Counted from the stretch's first letter, positions 45,388 through 62,269 are shown. The stretch is DNA of 64,000 bases from Eledone cirrhosa (GCA_964016885.1 CAXHJY010000424.1:1-64000); one strand, 5' to 3'. The notes: generated from the letters alone by a model not told the origin. Numbers and translations: made by a program.

Positions 45388-45655
45388 AATATACATATGA
45401 TATACATATGCGTGTGTGTGTATTATTGTTAATTTAAATTGTTAAATTCCGCTAGACACACATCTTTTGTGGATATCTTAATTTCTTACGTATAATAGAA
45501 TATAGATATACAAGGTATTATTAAATGCAAGTATCTCCCTACATACAGGAAATTAAAATCAATAGCTTAATATCTTATGTACAATAGAATATATACCATA
45601 TTGATATTACAGTGTTAGATATAAATATAATTATTGATCATATGATTTTTTACAG

Positions 45656-48249
45656 ACGAATGTACACATAATGGTAAACAATATAACGGAGCATTTAAAA
45701 TCGACTGCAATACATGTGTGTGTACTGAAACGGGCCAAGCACTGTGTACAAGCAAAAGTTGTGGCTATGGACAGCGACGTACATGTTGGTATCAAGGTAA
45801 ACGTTACGCTGTAGGACAGACATCTCAACAATCATGTAATAAATGTGTATGTAAAGCCAATGGTCAAATGGAATGTACGAATAATGTGTGCCAGTGTCAA
45901 TATAAAGGTAATGTCCACAACCATGGACAGACCTTCAAAGATGGATGTAAGTCTTGTACTTGTCAAATTAGCGGAACAGTGCAGTGTAGCAATCAAGGAT
46001 GTGAATGTTATCACAAGAACATTCGCTATCAAACCGGACAAACATTCTCTGATGAATGCAATACATGTGAATGTTTAAGTGATGGAACAGTTAAATGTAC
46101 TCAGAAAATGTGTAAATGTTACTACAGAGGAAAGATATTTAATGTAGGAGAGAAAATTGAAGAAGATTGCAATACTTGCTATTGTCGAGGTAATGGTCAA
46201 GTAGATTGTACAAAGAATACGTGTCAGTGTACATATAAAGGACAGGTTTATCAAATTCGTCAAAGATTTAATGCAGAATGTAACCAATGTGTTTGTCAGT
46301 CAAATGGAAATGTTCAATGTACCGACGAAATTTGTAAATGTACATACAACAACCAGATCTATAATATCGGGGCTTCATTTAATCAGGACTGTAACACATG
46401 CACCTGTCAACAAAATGGACAAGTCCAATGTACAAATAAGCAGTGTCAATGTACATATAAAGGACAGGTTTATCAAATTAGTCAAAGATTTAATGAAGAA
46501 TGTAACCAATGTGTTTGTCAGTCAAATGGAGTTGTTCAATGTACCAGTGACGTCTGTAAATGTACACACAACAACCAGATCTATAATATCGGGGCTTCAT
46601 TTAATCAGGATTGCAACACCTGTACGTGTCAACAAAATGGACAAGTCCAATGTACAAATAAGCAGTGTCAATGTACATATAAAGGACAGGTTTATCAAAT
46701 TCGTCAAAAGTTTAATGAAGATTGTAACCAATGTGAATGTTTATCTAGTGGTACAGTGCAGTGCTCTAACAAGCCATGTAAATGTTTTGAAAATGGAAGA
46801 TCTTACACCATTGGTGCTACATTTAGCAAGGACTGCAACACCTGTACCTGTCAACAAAATGGACAGGTCCAATGTACATATAAGCAATGTCAATGTACAT
46901 ATAAAGGACAGGTTTATCAAATTAGTCAAAGATTTAATGAAGAATGTAACCAATGTGTTTGTCAGTCAAATGGAGATGTTCAATGTACCAGTAACGTCTG
47001 TAAATGTACATACAACAACCAGATCTATAATATCGGGGCTTCATTTAATCAGGACTGTAACACTTGTACCTGTCAACAAAATGGACAGGTCCAATGTACA
47101 TATAAGCAATGTCAATGTACATATAAAGGACAGGTTTATCAAATTAATCAAAGATTTAATGAAGAATGTAACCAATGTGTTTGTCAGTCAAATGGAAATG
47201 TTCAATGTACCGACAATGTTTGTAAATGTACATACAACAACCAGATCTATAATATTGGTACTACATTTAAACAGGACTGTAACACCTGTACCTGTCAACA
47301 AAATAGACAGGTCCAATGTACAAATAAGCAGTGTCAATGTACATATAAAGGACAGGTTTATCAAATTCGTCAAAAGTTTAATGAAGATTGTAACCAGTGT
47401 GAATGTTTATCTAGTGGTACTGTGCACTGTTCTAACAAACCATGTAAATGTTTTGAAAATGGAAGATCTTACCCCATTGGTGCTACATTTAACAAGGACT
47501 GCAATACATGCACATGTCAAATAGATGGTCGTATAAAGTGTACAAGCAACCCATGTACCTGTACCTACAAAAATAGAGTTTATAATTTCGGACAACAATT
47601 CAGTGAGGACTGCAACACCTGCACTTGTCAACAAAATGGACAAGTCCAATGTTCAAATAATCGTTGTCAATGTACATATAAAGGACAGGTTTATCAAATT
47701 AGTCAAAGATTTAATGAAGAATGTAACCAATGTGTTTGTCAGTCAAATGGAGATGTTCAATGCACCAGTAACGTCTGTAAATGTACATACAACAACCAAA
47801 TCTATAATATTGGTACTACATTTAAACAGGGCTGTAACACTTGTACCTGTCAACAAAATGGTGTAGTAAGCTGTACTAAAATGCGATGTTCTTGTACATA
47901 CAATGGTAAACGTTATGATGTTGGTTCTGTATTCTTCAATGATTGCAATAAATGTCAGTGCCATGATGATGGAAGAGTCCAATGTGAACAGAAAAAATGC
48001 CCCAAACCATGCCTATTCAATGGAAAAACCTATTCCGTCGGAGAATCATTTAAAAAGGACTGCAATACATGTACATGTGGACAGTTTGGTCAAGTAGCAT
48101 GTACTAAAATGTACTGTCCTAAATCGAAATGTGAACTTAAAGGAAAAGTTTTCGAAGCCAACCAAACATTTATGTCTGAAGATAAATGCAATGTGTGCCG
48201 GTGTACAGACGGGAAAATCAAGTGTACCAACTATGACTGTGATGATAAG
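45656..48249 (+). CDS. Gene B exon 2: 23 tandem six-Cys pacifastin/VWC-like modules, paralog of gene A
   Basis: Acceptor tttttttacAG at 45655. Reads ECTHNGKQYNGAFKIDCNTCVC into the 850-aa ORF. Phase-0 donor AAG|GTTAGT at 48250. Same module consensus and many near-identical modules to gene A. Confidence 0.9.
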
Positions 48250-48793
48250 GTTAGTAATTTGTTTTATTAGTTTTCTTAGTATCTCAAATGTAATAAATTT
48301 AATCTATTTTGCTTTCCATTGATTTTATTATGTATAATAATAAGAATAACTTAAAGCTGATTAATATTTAGCATAAGGCTTGGGTTGTCATCGATCTACG
48401 GTTTTCATGCAACCAGCAAAATCCTGTCAGCATCTGTTTCAATTCACACTTGGATTATTTCCCTTTATTTACTCGAATATCTTTAAATTTAAAAATCCTG
48501 TGTTTTGTAAATATGAATACTATTAGTAATTAATATGAAAGTAAATAATTAACCTAGAGTATTAGATACATATCGATTTACGTGTCAGAATATATTTCAA
48601 GAAGATTGAATAAAGATTTTAGTCGTTGGGCCAGGTGAATTAATTATCATTAAAATAGATTTATATATATAGATATAATCTGTTATAGTGTATAAATCTG
48701 AACTTGCTCCACGTCATATGTATTCAGTATATAATTCATTTAATATAACAGTTGATAAATATCCTAATACCTTGTAAATCTGTTTCATTGTAG

Positions 48794-48808
48794 ATACGGC
48801 GATACTGA
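48794..48808 (+). CDS. Gene B exon 3 (IRRY-stop); spliced product 889 aa
   Basis: Acceptor tttcattgtAG at 48793, then ATA CGG CGA TAC TGA; AATAAA at 48873-48878. The unspliced alternative ends VSNLFY* at 48270. Confidence 0.65.
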   Translation: MRRY

Positions 48809-48872
48809 GGAAGAACAGAAGATATATTTTGATAATTTTAATACTTGTCAATATTGCAAACACATTATAGTT

Positions 48873-48878
48873 AATAAA
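48873..48878 (+). terminator. Polyadenylation signal of gene B
   Basis: AATAAA about 65 nt after the TGA, with a T/GT-rich tract downstream. Confidence 0.55.
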
Positions 48879-49037
48879 AAAAGATGACATATACCATCTT
48901 TTTTATTGTTGTTTGTTGTTGTTGTTCTTCTTCTTCTTCACCAACTTATCTTTCAGAAGGTGGTGGGGAACAGAATCCTAGTGGAGCCCATCCCTCACCA
49001 GCCTGAGTATAGCATATTTCTTCAAAAGAGAAGAAGA

Positions 49038-49197
49038 ATCGACCTCAGTACTATACTGGTACTTTATTTTATCGACCTCGAAAAGATGAAACGCAAAGTT
49101 GACCTCCGCGGGTTCTGAACTCAGAGAGCTGAGAGCAGGAACCAATGCGATAAAGCATTCTATACGACGTTCTAACGACTCTGCCAATTCGCCGCCA
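49038..49197 (-). mobile_element. Diverged SINE copy
   Basis: Reverse-complement head, B-box and core. Confidence 0.75.
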
Positions 49198-49370
49198 TAT
49201 AAAAACAGTAACAACTTATTAAAGGTAAGCACCAATCCTATAGACCTGAGAGCAAGCAGAAAATAACCAATCTGATTTATAAATTTGATTTAACAAAAAA
49301 AAAAAAAAAAAAAAAAAAATGAACATTTCAATTTCATAAGACCTACTGCAACATTGGCAATAGAAATTCA

Positions 49371-49467
49371 GGTGATCTTACCACACTAAGATGTAGCATT
49401 CCTCAAATTCAGGTCAAATCCAAATCTGAATTTGAGGAATGCTACATCTTAGTGTGGTAAGATCACC
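49371..49467. repeat. Perfect 42-bp inverted repeat with 13-nt spacer
   Basis: ggtgatcttaccacactaagatgtagcattcctcaaattcag at 49371-49412 and its exact reverse complement at 49426-49467. Confidence 0.95.
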
Positions 49468-50978
49468 CTGCGTTCATAGAGATCAATCAATGTAGAAGTA
49501 CTGCGAACAACAGTGGTATATATATGGGTCCCAAAAGGATTGCTCCTATAGCAGACTCTAGTGATTATTAATGTCTCGTGCTATGAGTGAACCCGACATT
49601 AATGCCATAACCGGCCTCAGTGTGAGTGAACAGCTCATACCAGGGGTGTATTTGATATTGCGTTGATTGCCTCTGGCGGGTTTGGTCAAAATGGGTACAA
49701 TCTAGAGTTGTCCCCCTTTTCACGGAATGATTTAATATGTATCCTCGTAAATAGACGGCCAGACTGACCTCCCTTACCCTTCCCCCAAGGGAATGGCCGG
49801 CCTGCTAGGAGCGTTATGATGTCCACTCGAAATGTTTACTACGTCATCATATTCTGAGTGTTGATCTTTGAATGTGGGCAAAGTGAAGAACACAGAAGCG
49901 CCAGAACGCTGTAAACACTGGAATTAAACGGTCAATTGATTTGATTTAATTAATTAAATTTAAGCATATTGGATTACCATTGTACCAGGTCGGAATATAG
50001 TAAGCGATACTGTGGATGCGCCGAATGTACCTTACAGCTTGATATGTATAGTTACATCTATACCTATTTGACTTGGAGAATTTAAGTCATTCGTTACACC
50101 ACGTGGTATGCTGGGAAACTTGGGATTGCATGGATTCACAGCCCCACAGCTATGATGCGGAGGTATTGATCACGGCATGAGACTGGAGTAGATGATATTG
50201 TAATCGTAAGGGATAACACGGACGAGTGGAACACGTTGATACATGTATGTATGTATATATATATATGTGTGTGTGCGTGGGTCTATGTAGACTAACACAC
50301 ACACACACACACGCAAACGTTATGTTTTACTGATATATATGATGATTGCTTTCACCTGCTTCCACTACACTTTGCTTTAGCGACCTGTATGTTCTGTGAA
50401 CCACACAGATAAATTGCATTTGAACGCCACCTATAACACTTGTTGCCATACTGTGATGGATACATGGAGTTCCACTATATGATCGCTTCATCTGGCTCCC
50501 GATATATCTGACTCTGCTTACATTCACTTTGGTTGATACCATTCTTAAACGGTCAGCTCTGGAATCTTCTACTGTCTACAACCATATTTACTTGCATGTA
50601 TTTGCATTGCTTATATAATGTGTTACCTTTTATGTTTCATTTTTATTTTTATTTTTATTACCTCCTATTTTTTATTCTGTTTATTTTTATTTTTATTATT
50701 TTTTTATATTTCCTTATATTATCATCACTTTATTGTTATCTTTATTTTATCCTTACTTCTAGACTCTACCCTTTACGTTTTATCTCTTATCTTTAATTTC
50801 CTTATTTTTCCTTATCTTTAATTATTGTAACTGATTTTGGTCTTAATATGTATCGGCTTCTAGCGGTGACGCGTCGTCCAAGCACCCCACTCTTCTTAGT
50901 CCTCTGTGCTACATATGGATCGTTCTTGTGATATAGGTCGGTAGAGTTTATACTATTGATCTAATTCCTCTTTATAAC

Positions 50979-51023
50979 GCTCTGATGAGTCCTGCAATTA
51001 TCCAAGGACGAAACACTGTCAGC
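50979..51023 (+). ncRNA. Type I minimal hammerhead ribozyme
   Basis: GCT-CTGATGA-GTCCT-gcaattatcca-AGGAC-GAAAC-act-GTC-AGC, followed by AATAAA; predicted cleavage after 51020. Confidence 0.85.
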
Positions 51024-51359
51024 AAATAAAGATTAATTGATGATGTAAGCGCTCTTTGTTTTTGTTCCATATAACGGCCCTGCTTTCAAGCATTGAGCTA
51101 ATTAAATACTCTCATATATTCGACAGGACGCCTGTATCTTATACACACGACTATTGTCTAAACATAATTTATATATATACAATATATATATATGTATATA
51201 TATATATAACGAAGGAAGTGTGGTAAGGAACCAGGAGGACCATAAAGTACCAGAGTACTCGATACTAAGGGTAGTAGAGTGGGTAATAGGAAAAGAGTCA
51301 GGACCCCGACGGCTGAGCTGCGGCCGTTTCGACAGCTATTTCTGAACTCAGTTCAGGAA

Positions 51360-52460
<1,101 letters not shown>

Positions 52461-52579
52461 TACTACATAATTTTCAAATTCGCTAGTCGTTTGTAAATAA
52501 AGCCTGCTTTGTGTCTCCCTATATATATATATAAAGAGAGACGGCTTTATTCCTGCATCTCATTTATTTAATTAATTCG

Positions 52580-52850
52580 TTATACGTATTTCGAAGATGT
52601 AAGGAACTTCAACAGACTAAGAAAATTCTGCTCCACACTGATAAAACTAATAATCTGTAGGGATTAGATAGGGATGAATACAATAAACTAATAATCAGAG
52701 AACTAAAGAAAAGCTATCGTAAAACAACCTCCGAAAATCTCGAATCAATAAATAAGGACGCAAATGAAATAGTCACAAAACTAGGATCGAAACCGCACGG
52801 AACCTTACATACCTAGAACACCGAGGATTTATATTAAAGGCCATAAAATA
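52580..52850 (+). mobile_element. PLE N-terminal RT-region fragment
   Basis: TDKTNNL*GLDRDEYNKLI...ESINKDANEIVTKLG...EPYIPRTPRIYIKGHK. Confidence 0.6.
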
Positions 52851-53134
52851 ATTTATTTAAGTGAATTTATAATATAGAATTCGGTTTAAGTGCATTTCGT
52901 ATTAATCATTACTAAAATCTAATATGAGATATTGAACATTAGCTTAAATAATTATCGTGTCGTCTTGAGTTCGTTATGAGTCTCTTTTTTTATAAAAGGA
53001 TGTCACAGAGTGTACGATAGATAATGATTACAATATTTTTGAGCAATAACTCTAGTCCCACACTTTTGAAGGTTTATTATAACATTCTGTGGCTCTTTTG
53101 AGCTTGCGCATTTTTCAGGTCTAGTATATATACG

Positions 53135-53189
<55 letters not shown>

Positions 53190-53195
<6 letters not shown>

Positions 53196-54073
53196 TAAAA
53201 CATGTCTATAGAATCACAAGATAAAATATATATTATTTCCTCTCCCAATTAGCATAATTAACTATATAAAAAATCGAATAGACCAGGCTATAAGAATGAG
53301 GCTTCTATGAAGAAATCTCCGACAAATAACCAAAAGTAGCCCTTCGCGTCGGCCGTAGCGGAATATTTATCGAATATTTCGACAGCGTAATCGCCCAGAT
53401 ACAGTCAACTAAATAGAATTAGGTGTAAAATAAACTAGGAGAAAATAGAATACATTTAAATACCTCTACCATGGTTTCATCCGTATTTTGAGTCTTCCAA
53501 TAATTATGTAATAATTATATAAACTCGAGCGCCGGATTCATCAGGAAGTTCGCTCTTATCTAGACACTAAATTTTCCAAAGTGATCGCGCCAAGAATTCA
53601 TTAAAAATGGCTAAAAATCGTGACGTAGTCGCGGTCAGGTTGGAAGGGATGTGGTAGTTGCTTACGACTGGTGGCATTTTTGCTAGAAAGCACAGCACAA
53701 TACAGCAAAATTTGTATCTCAACCTAATGGGAGATTATTACATATAAAAGTTTACATATATATATACATATATATACATATACGTGTTTTGCAACTGGTC
53801 ACTTTGTGGCTCAATGAAAAATTAATAAATTAAATAATCAGAGCTATATATCATAAAACATGTCTATAGAATCACAAGATAAAATATATACTATTTCCTC
53901 TCCCAATTAGCATAATTAATTATATAAAAAATCGAATAGACCAGGCTATAAGAATGAGGCTTCTATGAAGAAATCTCCGATAAATAACCAAAACTAACCC
54001 TTCGCGTCGACCGTAGCGGAATATTTATCGAATATTTCGACAGCGTAATCGCCCAGATACAGTCAACTAAACA

Positions 54074-54076
<3 letters not shown>
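53190..54076. repeat. Direct repeat pair (about 225 bp; 53190-53415 and 53848-54076)
   Basis: tcataaaacatgtctatagaatcac...cagatacagtcaactaaa occurs twice. Confidence 0.8.
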
Positions 54077-54126
<50 letters not shown>

Positions 54127-54493
54127 CATATATATATATACATCAGTAGACAACTGATGATGGATAATCCTAATTTCTAATTTTCCATTATACTTAATTG
54201 CAGCAACACACCTCGCCATTTTGATTCATATATGCTTCCCCCTCTGCTGTGACCTGTTTTTTTTCTCTTCCCTTGCTGCTATCCTCTCTCTCTCTCCACT
54301 TCGCTCTCTCCTTCTCCCTCTTACTTTTACTCACCCTCTCTGCTAGTCACCTTCTCTCGGCTAGCCCCGTCCTCGCACTTTCACTCACTCACTCTCTGCT
54401 ACTCACCCTCTCTCTCACTTCCTCCCTGTCTAAACCATCGACAGGGAAATCATCGCTCACTGCCGGAAAACCCTCTTCAACGACGGAGTAGCC

Positions 54494-56116
<1,623 letters not shown>

Positions 56117-56195
56117 GTGTGTGTGTGTATATATATATATGTGTGTATTTGTGTCTGTGACCAGTGCATATAGGTCACAGACACCCATATATATC

Positions 56196-56227
<32 letters not shown>

Positions 56228-56241
56228 TTTATGGGCCTTCC

Positions 56242-56295
<54 letters not shown>

Positions 56296-56625
56296 GTATA
56301 TATATGTATATATATGTATATATATATAAACGTAATCCTGGTATGTGTATATGCCTTTTTTCTTCTAACTTTAATTTTTGTACCAAATTGTGTATGGTTG
56401 ACGGTATATTTAATCGATTTCCACGTGCTATTGAAATGTTGGGTAAATATTCTATAGCGGTTGGTCGCGAATAGATTGCTGTCGTTTATTTATCTACTAT
56501 TTCTTCATAGGTGCCTTTTAATGTTATAGCCTGGTTTAATTGATTTTTTGTGTGGTTAATTATGCTAATTGGGAGAGGAAATGGTGTATATATATTATCA
56601 AATGATTCTATGGACATACTTTATA

Positions 56626-56703
<78 letters not shown>

Positions 56704-56790
56704 ATAGAAGGTAAACAGAAATAACAACACAATCGGTACAGTATATGGAAGGAATATATTAGGTTAACGCTTGAAATAGCAGGAAGAGAG

Positions 56791-56826
56791 TCTTAACGTT
56801 TCGGATGCTAGTCCTTCATCAGAAGA
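56791..56826 (-). ncRNA. Minimal hammerhead-like motif
   Basis: TCTT-CTGATGA-aGGActagcaTCC-GAAACGTT-AAGA. Confidence 0.6.
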
Positions 56827-57998
56827 AAGAATAAGAAATAAGATAGATTGAAGGGACGGGCGGGTGGAATGGGAAAAAATGTCTTTAGATAAAAATAACA
56901 GGTTCATTCATTTTGACATCTTTTGGAAAACTGTTGATGCTGGCGTTTTGTGTATGATATATTTTTTTAGAAAAGTGGATGATGGAGTGCGTCTACCTGA
57001 AATGGAAAAAAAACCGTTTTGTAAAAGGAGCTATACTTGTGCGCGTGCGTATGCGCACGTGTGTGTGTGTGTATGTGTGTATTATTATACGTCCGTACGA
57101 AGCTAAGAAGATATGTGTGTGTATATAAGTAAAAGAGCATGTGTGTGCTTGTAATTACGAAGCTATGAGCAAAAGTATGTTAATATAAGGGTGTGTATGT
57201 GTGTATACAGAGCTGTGAAGGGAAAGGTGGAGTGTTGAATATTTTGTCGGTCTGTATTGGTGTAAGAGTATATGTTTCTGACCATAAGAGAACCATAGGT
57301 GAATGTACAAGCGCGTGTGTGATAATGGATGGGGTATTAAAGAAATTGGGGAGTTGAGTTGAGTCCATGAGGGAAACAGGACCCAATGGTGGTAAATCAG
57401 ACTCTGTTCAGACTTGGTGCGTTTCACACATTTTTTTTTTGTAAGAAAATGATGATTGATTTTAAAACAGTGATATAATTTATGGAGAAAAAATAAAGGG
57501 AAAATGTTAAAAAAGTAATAATTTTTGTTGTCATAATTCTAGTGATGTTTTGCCATAGATAAAATGTTTAATTAACCAAATTTTACTATAAAAGAGAGGT
57601 GCTTTTTTTGTTGATTTACGTTTAATTGATAGAAAAACCCCGTGATAATAGGCGTTCCAATAATCAAGTTACGGGCTTACAACATTTTCACTATAGGGGG
57701 TTTAACCACCATTAGGGTATCTTAATATTATTTAAATTAGCTGAAAGTTTGTAAATAGGCATCATATCTTGTCATTTACCTATGGTTTAAGTTTCATATA
57801 AATCGAAGGGAAAACATTTTCACGGGGGCAAGCGGGGTTTGTGCCTCCGGGGAACCATTTGATTAAAATTAAATATACTTACCCAAGTACCCTGGGCAAT
57901 GTAGTTTCAGAATATATATGGTTATGGGGGTGATCAAACAAACAAACAGACAGGATCTACAACTTTATATATATATATATAACAAAATTGAACCCGGG

Positions 57999-58064
<66 letters not shown>

Positions 58065-58074
58065 GCACGCACGC

Positions 58075-58132
<58 letters not shown>

Positions 58133-58176
58133 CTTATGTATATATATATATATCTTATGTATATATATATATATAT

Positions 58177-58425
58177 ATATATTAATAAGAGGAATTCCAA
58201 CTTTGTCTGATTTACTCGTTTTATTTACAATCCTTTAAATTGCAAACTCGACTGTCACCACATATTATGAACCTGAAGATTGCGAAAGCATGAAAGTACT
58301 TGTTCAATTAACACTTAGAATTTAATATTCTATCATACTATTTCATTATAATACCATTATATATTTTAAAGGATTGTAAATAAAACGAGTAAATCAGACA
58401 AAGTTGGAATTCCTCTTATTAATAT
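58177..58425. repeat. Inverted repeat with about 62-bp arms enclosing a hammerhead
   Basis: tattaataagaggaattcc...tcctttaaa (to 58239) and tttaaaggattg...tcctcttattaata (from 58365). Confidence 0.9.
58268..58306 (+). ncRNA. Type I minimal hammerhead ribozyme
   Basis: TGAAC-CTGAAGA-t-TGC-GAAA-GCA-t-GAAA-gtac-TT-GTTCA; GNRA loop 2 and palindromic stem III. Confidence 0.7.
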
Positions 58426-58468
58426 AATCTTCTATACACAATCATACACACCCGTGTATATTTACCTA

Positions 58469-58522
<54 letters not shown>

Positions 58523-58654
58523 TATAAGTTTATCCCAGGTTCAATCGGGGGTAACCACAGTAAGTAAGGTACTCAATACAAACGCGAGTATAAATATTTA
58601 ATATAGAACAGGCTTCTACAGGACTAGAACTCTTTCATTCGGGAGAAATCATCA

Positions 58655-60395
58655 ATGCTATCACGACTGCCTACAAAAAGGTGAACGAGATGCCTTTGAC
58701 TGGGACCAATGCGGTCGGAAAAAAATTGCAAAGTCCCTTAAACTAGATGACCGAACGGAACCCTTGAGGTGAAAGACCCCGTACTTTACCCTGAAGGACC
58801 ACAAGGGAAACTTCCTCAACAAACCATTAGTCAGACTTCTCAACCCCACACTTTCGGATATCGGTTCTATCAGCAAAAAGATCTTTGATAGAGTTCTACC
58901 ATCACTGCGAGCGGCCTCACCTCTCTTACTCTGGAGCAGAACTTCCGAGGCAATCTCTTGGTTCCAAGAATTGCCCGATAAACGCTACATCCGCTTTCAG
59001 CAACTGGACATAGAAGACTCCTACGCTTCTATCGCAGAGCCTCTATTGAAGGATGCACTTGCTTTTGCCAAGAATTTTACCACCATAACCGACGCTGAGC
59101 AGGATGTGATCCTCCACGCCTGTAAGACCTTTCTACACCTCGAGGGATCCTACTGGATTAACAAGAAGTCTGGGACCCTTTTGACGTCAGCATGGGGGCA
59201 AGTGACTCGGCTGAACTTAGCGACCTCGTGGGCCTGTACATCTTATACCACCTGAAGAACCTCTTCACGGGTCTAGCCGGAGGATTATACCGAGATGATG
59301 GCCTTTTCGCCTTGCACAAAGTTAAACCCCAGAATCACTGATGGGTTTCGGAGAAACTTAAGCTCGTTCTTTCATAATCTAGGATTTAGAGTAACCATAG
59401 AATCAGATATGACTAGGGCCAACTTTTTAGATGTCACTCTCGACTTAGATACTCCCCTATATTACTCGTACCACAAACCTAACGAGTCCCTCAGATATAT
59501 AAATGTTAATTCGAACCACCCCAAAAACATCATCACACATAACTTAGTTAAAAGCGTCTCACTCAGAATTTCCGGTCTCTCGGCCAATGAAGATATTAAC
59601 GACGCCCTCGCCCGCAGTGGCTTTAAAGAAAAGATCTAGAAACCACTCCAAGACTACCTAGGAGAAAGACTGCCTAGGGATAGGCAGATCAGTTGGTACA
59701 ACCCCCCCCTTCAATAGAGAGATTTCTACACCTATAGCTAGGACTTTCTTCAAATTGCTGAATATACACATCCCCACACAACATAGGTACTACACTATCT
59801 TTAATAAAAATACAATAAGACTCTCCTATTCTACTACACCTAACCTAGCTAGGAATATAGCCAATCTCAACACTACAAAATTAAATAAACCTACTACCTC
59901 CGAAACCCATCCGGGGATGTGTTTCGGAGGTAGTAGGCTTATTTAGGTAAAGCCTTGTGCAACTGCCAAAATAAAGAAACTTGCCCACTTGAAAACAAAT
60001 GCCTGTCAAATGACATCATATATAAATGTGATGTTATCTCAGGCACTGGTAACAACAACAAAAAGACTTATATCGGAATGACCTCCAACAATTTTAAGAC
60101 CCGGCGGTATGCCCATACGCACTCTTTCAGAAGACCGGACAAATCCAATCAGACAACATTCGCCTCCTATGTCTGGGACCTCAAGAGGAACTCCACCCCT
60201 TTCACGCTCAAATGGAAATTACTCCAGAAAGCGTGCTCATACATGGGATGACACAAGTGTTGTGACCTTTGTATTTCAGAGAGCTACGAAATACTCTTTG
60301 CCAAGAGCCTGACACTGAACAAACTCTCTGAACATTGCCCGAATTGCATGCACAAAAGCTTTGCAACTTTCAAATATCTTAAGCCCGTGTTGAAG
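58655..60395 (+). mobile_element. Decayed PLE: RT plus GIY-YIG
   Basis: TLKDHKGNF..VRLLNP; QLDIEDSYASI; GLYRDDGL; FLDVTLDL..NSNHP; CNCQNKETCPLENKCLSNDIIYKC..KTYIGMTSNNFKTR; several frameshifts. Confidence 0.9.
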
Positions 60396-61477
60396 TCAGA
60401 TGGATAAAAAAACCCCAAAAAAAACCCCACTCGACAAAATATCTCCTCCACCGCCATCCCACCGTACCCCTACCGCCAACTCGACCCGCCTCATGGTACT
60501 ATGGTTATGTAAGTACTTCTTACCTATCTGCTTTTTCCACATCTATAACATACTTGAATTGTGCATCTATGTGTGTGTGTATATATATATGTGTGTGTGT
60601 GTGTGTGTATGCTGTATGTTTGTAAACGTGTGTGCATTTATATATATAGATAGATAAATATAGATATAGATATATGTGTGAGTAGGTATGTATATGTATA
60701 TGTGTGTATGTATATATATGTATGTGTGTATATATATACACTTCCTTACTGTTTTTATAATATAACTAAGTGGTTATTCCTTTGTAAACTCTCGTAAATT
60801 TTTCATAAATTTAGAATTATTTGCATGTTTAAATTTTGACTTACAACTTTTAATAAAATAAACTATACTAGATTTGCTCTAATGTAAAATACTATATATT
60901 TATTTAAATAATTTATAATCCTTAACATACACATTTAAACTAATTATTAATATTAAATTATTAAATTAAATCTTTAATATTAAGGTAAATTTTAATCTTT
61001 AATTTTGATTTCTAATTTTTAATTTAAATTTAATTTTAATCTAATTTTTCAACCTATCATTATAAGTATTATAATCAAAACGTAATGAACCCTGCATTAT
61101 AAATATTATTCTTCCACGTTAATCTCATTTCTTCTTTCACTTAGATATATTTACGCTGTGTATATTTATCCTTTGAAACTTATTTCTTCATGTACTCTAT
61201 TTTCACTATCAATATATATAATCGTTCTTTCTTTCCTCTTCTATCTTTCTCCTTTCTTTTTTCTTTTTTTCTTTTTTTTTCTCTCTCCCTTACATATCAT
61301 CTTCTTCTAACAGTTTAATTTAAATAAACCGTTATCTTTCCAGCCTTTCGGACACTCATTTGCATACTCACTCATAACTTTGTATCACCCTCAATAAATG
61401 TACTATCTCCACTATCCAGGAAGCTCCAACCGTTTTTTTTTCCGGGTATGTCAATATTTATTTATAAAACAAATCTG

Positions 61478-61543
61478 TATTTTATCTGATGAAAGCGCCT
61501 CGTAATTTGCCTTGGTTGCCCTTGAAATATGTATAATAAAATA
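61478..61543 (+). ncRNA. Type I hammerhead ribozyme in PLE terminal repeat (family shared with 925-987)
   Basis: TATTTTAT-CTGATGA-aag...ctt-GAAAT-atgt-ATA-ATAAAATA; flanks 61320-61580 resemble 760-1030. Confidence 0.6.
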
Positions 61544-61581
61544 AATATGGTTTTATAAATATAGTTTCCATTTATTAATAT

Positions 61582-61649
<68 letters not shown>

Positions 61650-61936
61650 GAAAGAAGATTGACATGGTTTGCTATACAAAAAAGGTTTTTAATCTCATTG
61701 TGACAATTGTTTCTCTGAACTGGTAGGTCTAGAGATCGCTATTCGCTTGTTTTCACGTTACTCGATCGCCAATACAAAATTATAACCAGTCAGTTCTTCG
61801 GAGCATGCGAGAATGAAGCACTATGAAAACGCCTTGTTGAGTCAAACCAAGCCAAGCGTTGATATCATCCACTACACGGAATACCATAACTGGACTATAC
61901 CTAAGTGGACTGCATATAACTATTATTTGTTACCCC

Positions 61937-62006
<70 letters not shown>

Positions 62007-62095
62007 ATAATAATAAATAAGCGATTCTTTGCTTAAACTTTAATCTGTTATTTTAATAAATATATATATATATATATATGGGTGTGTGTGTATAG

Positions 62096-62177
<82 letters not shown>

Positions 62178-62190
62178 ATATGTGTATATG

Positions 62191-62247
<57 letters not shown>

Positions 62248-62269
62248 TATCCAAAATGTTAATAAATGA

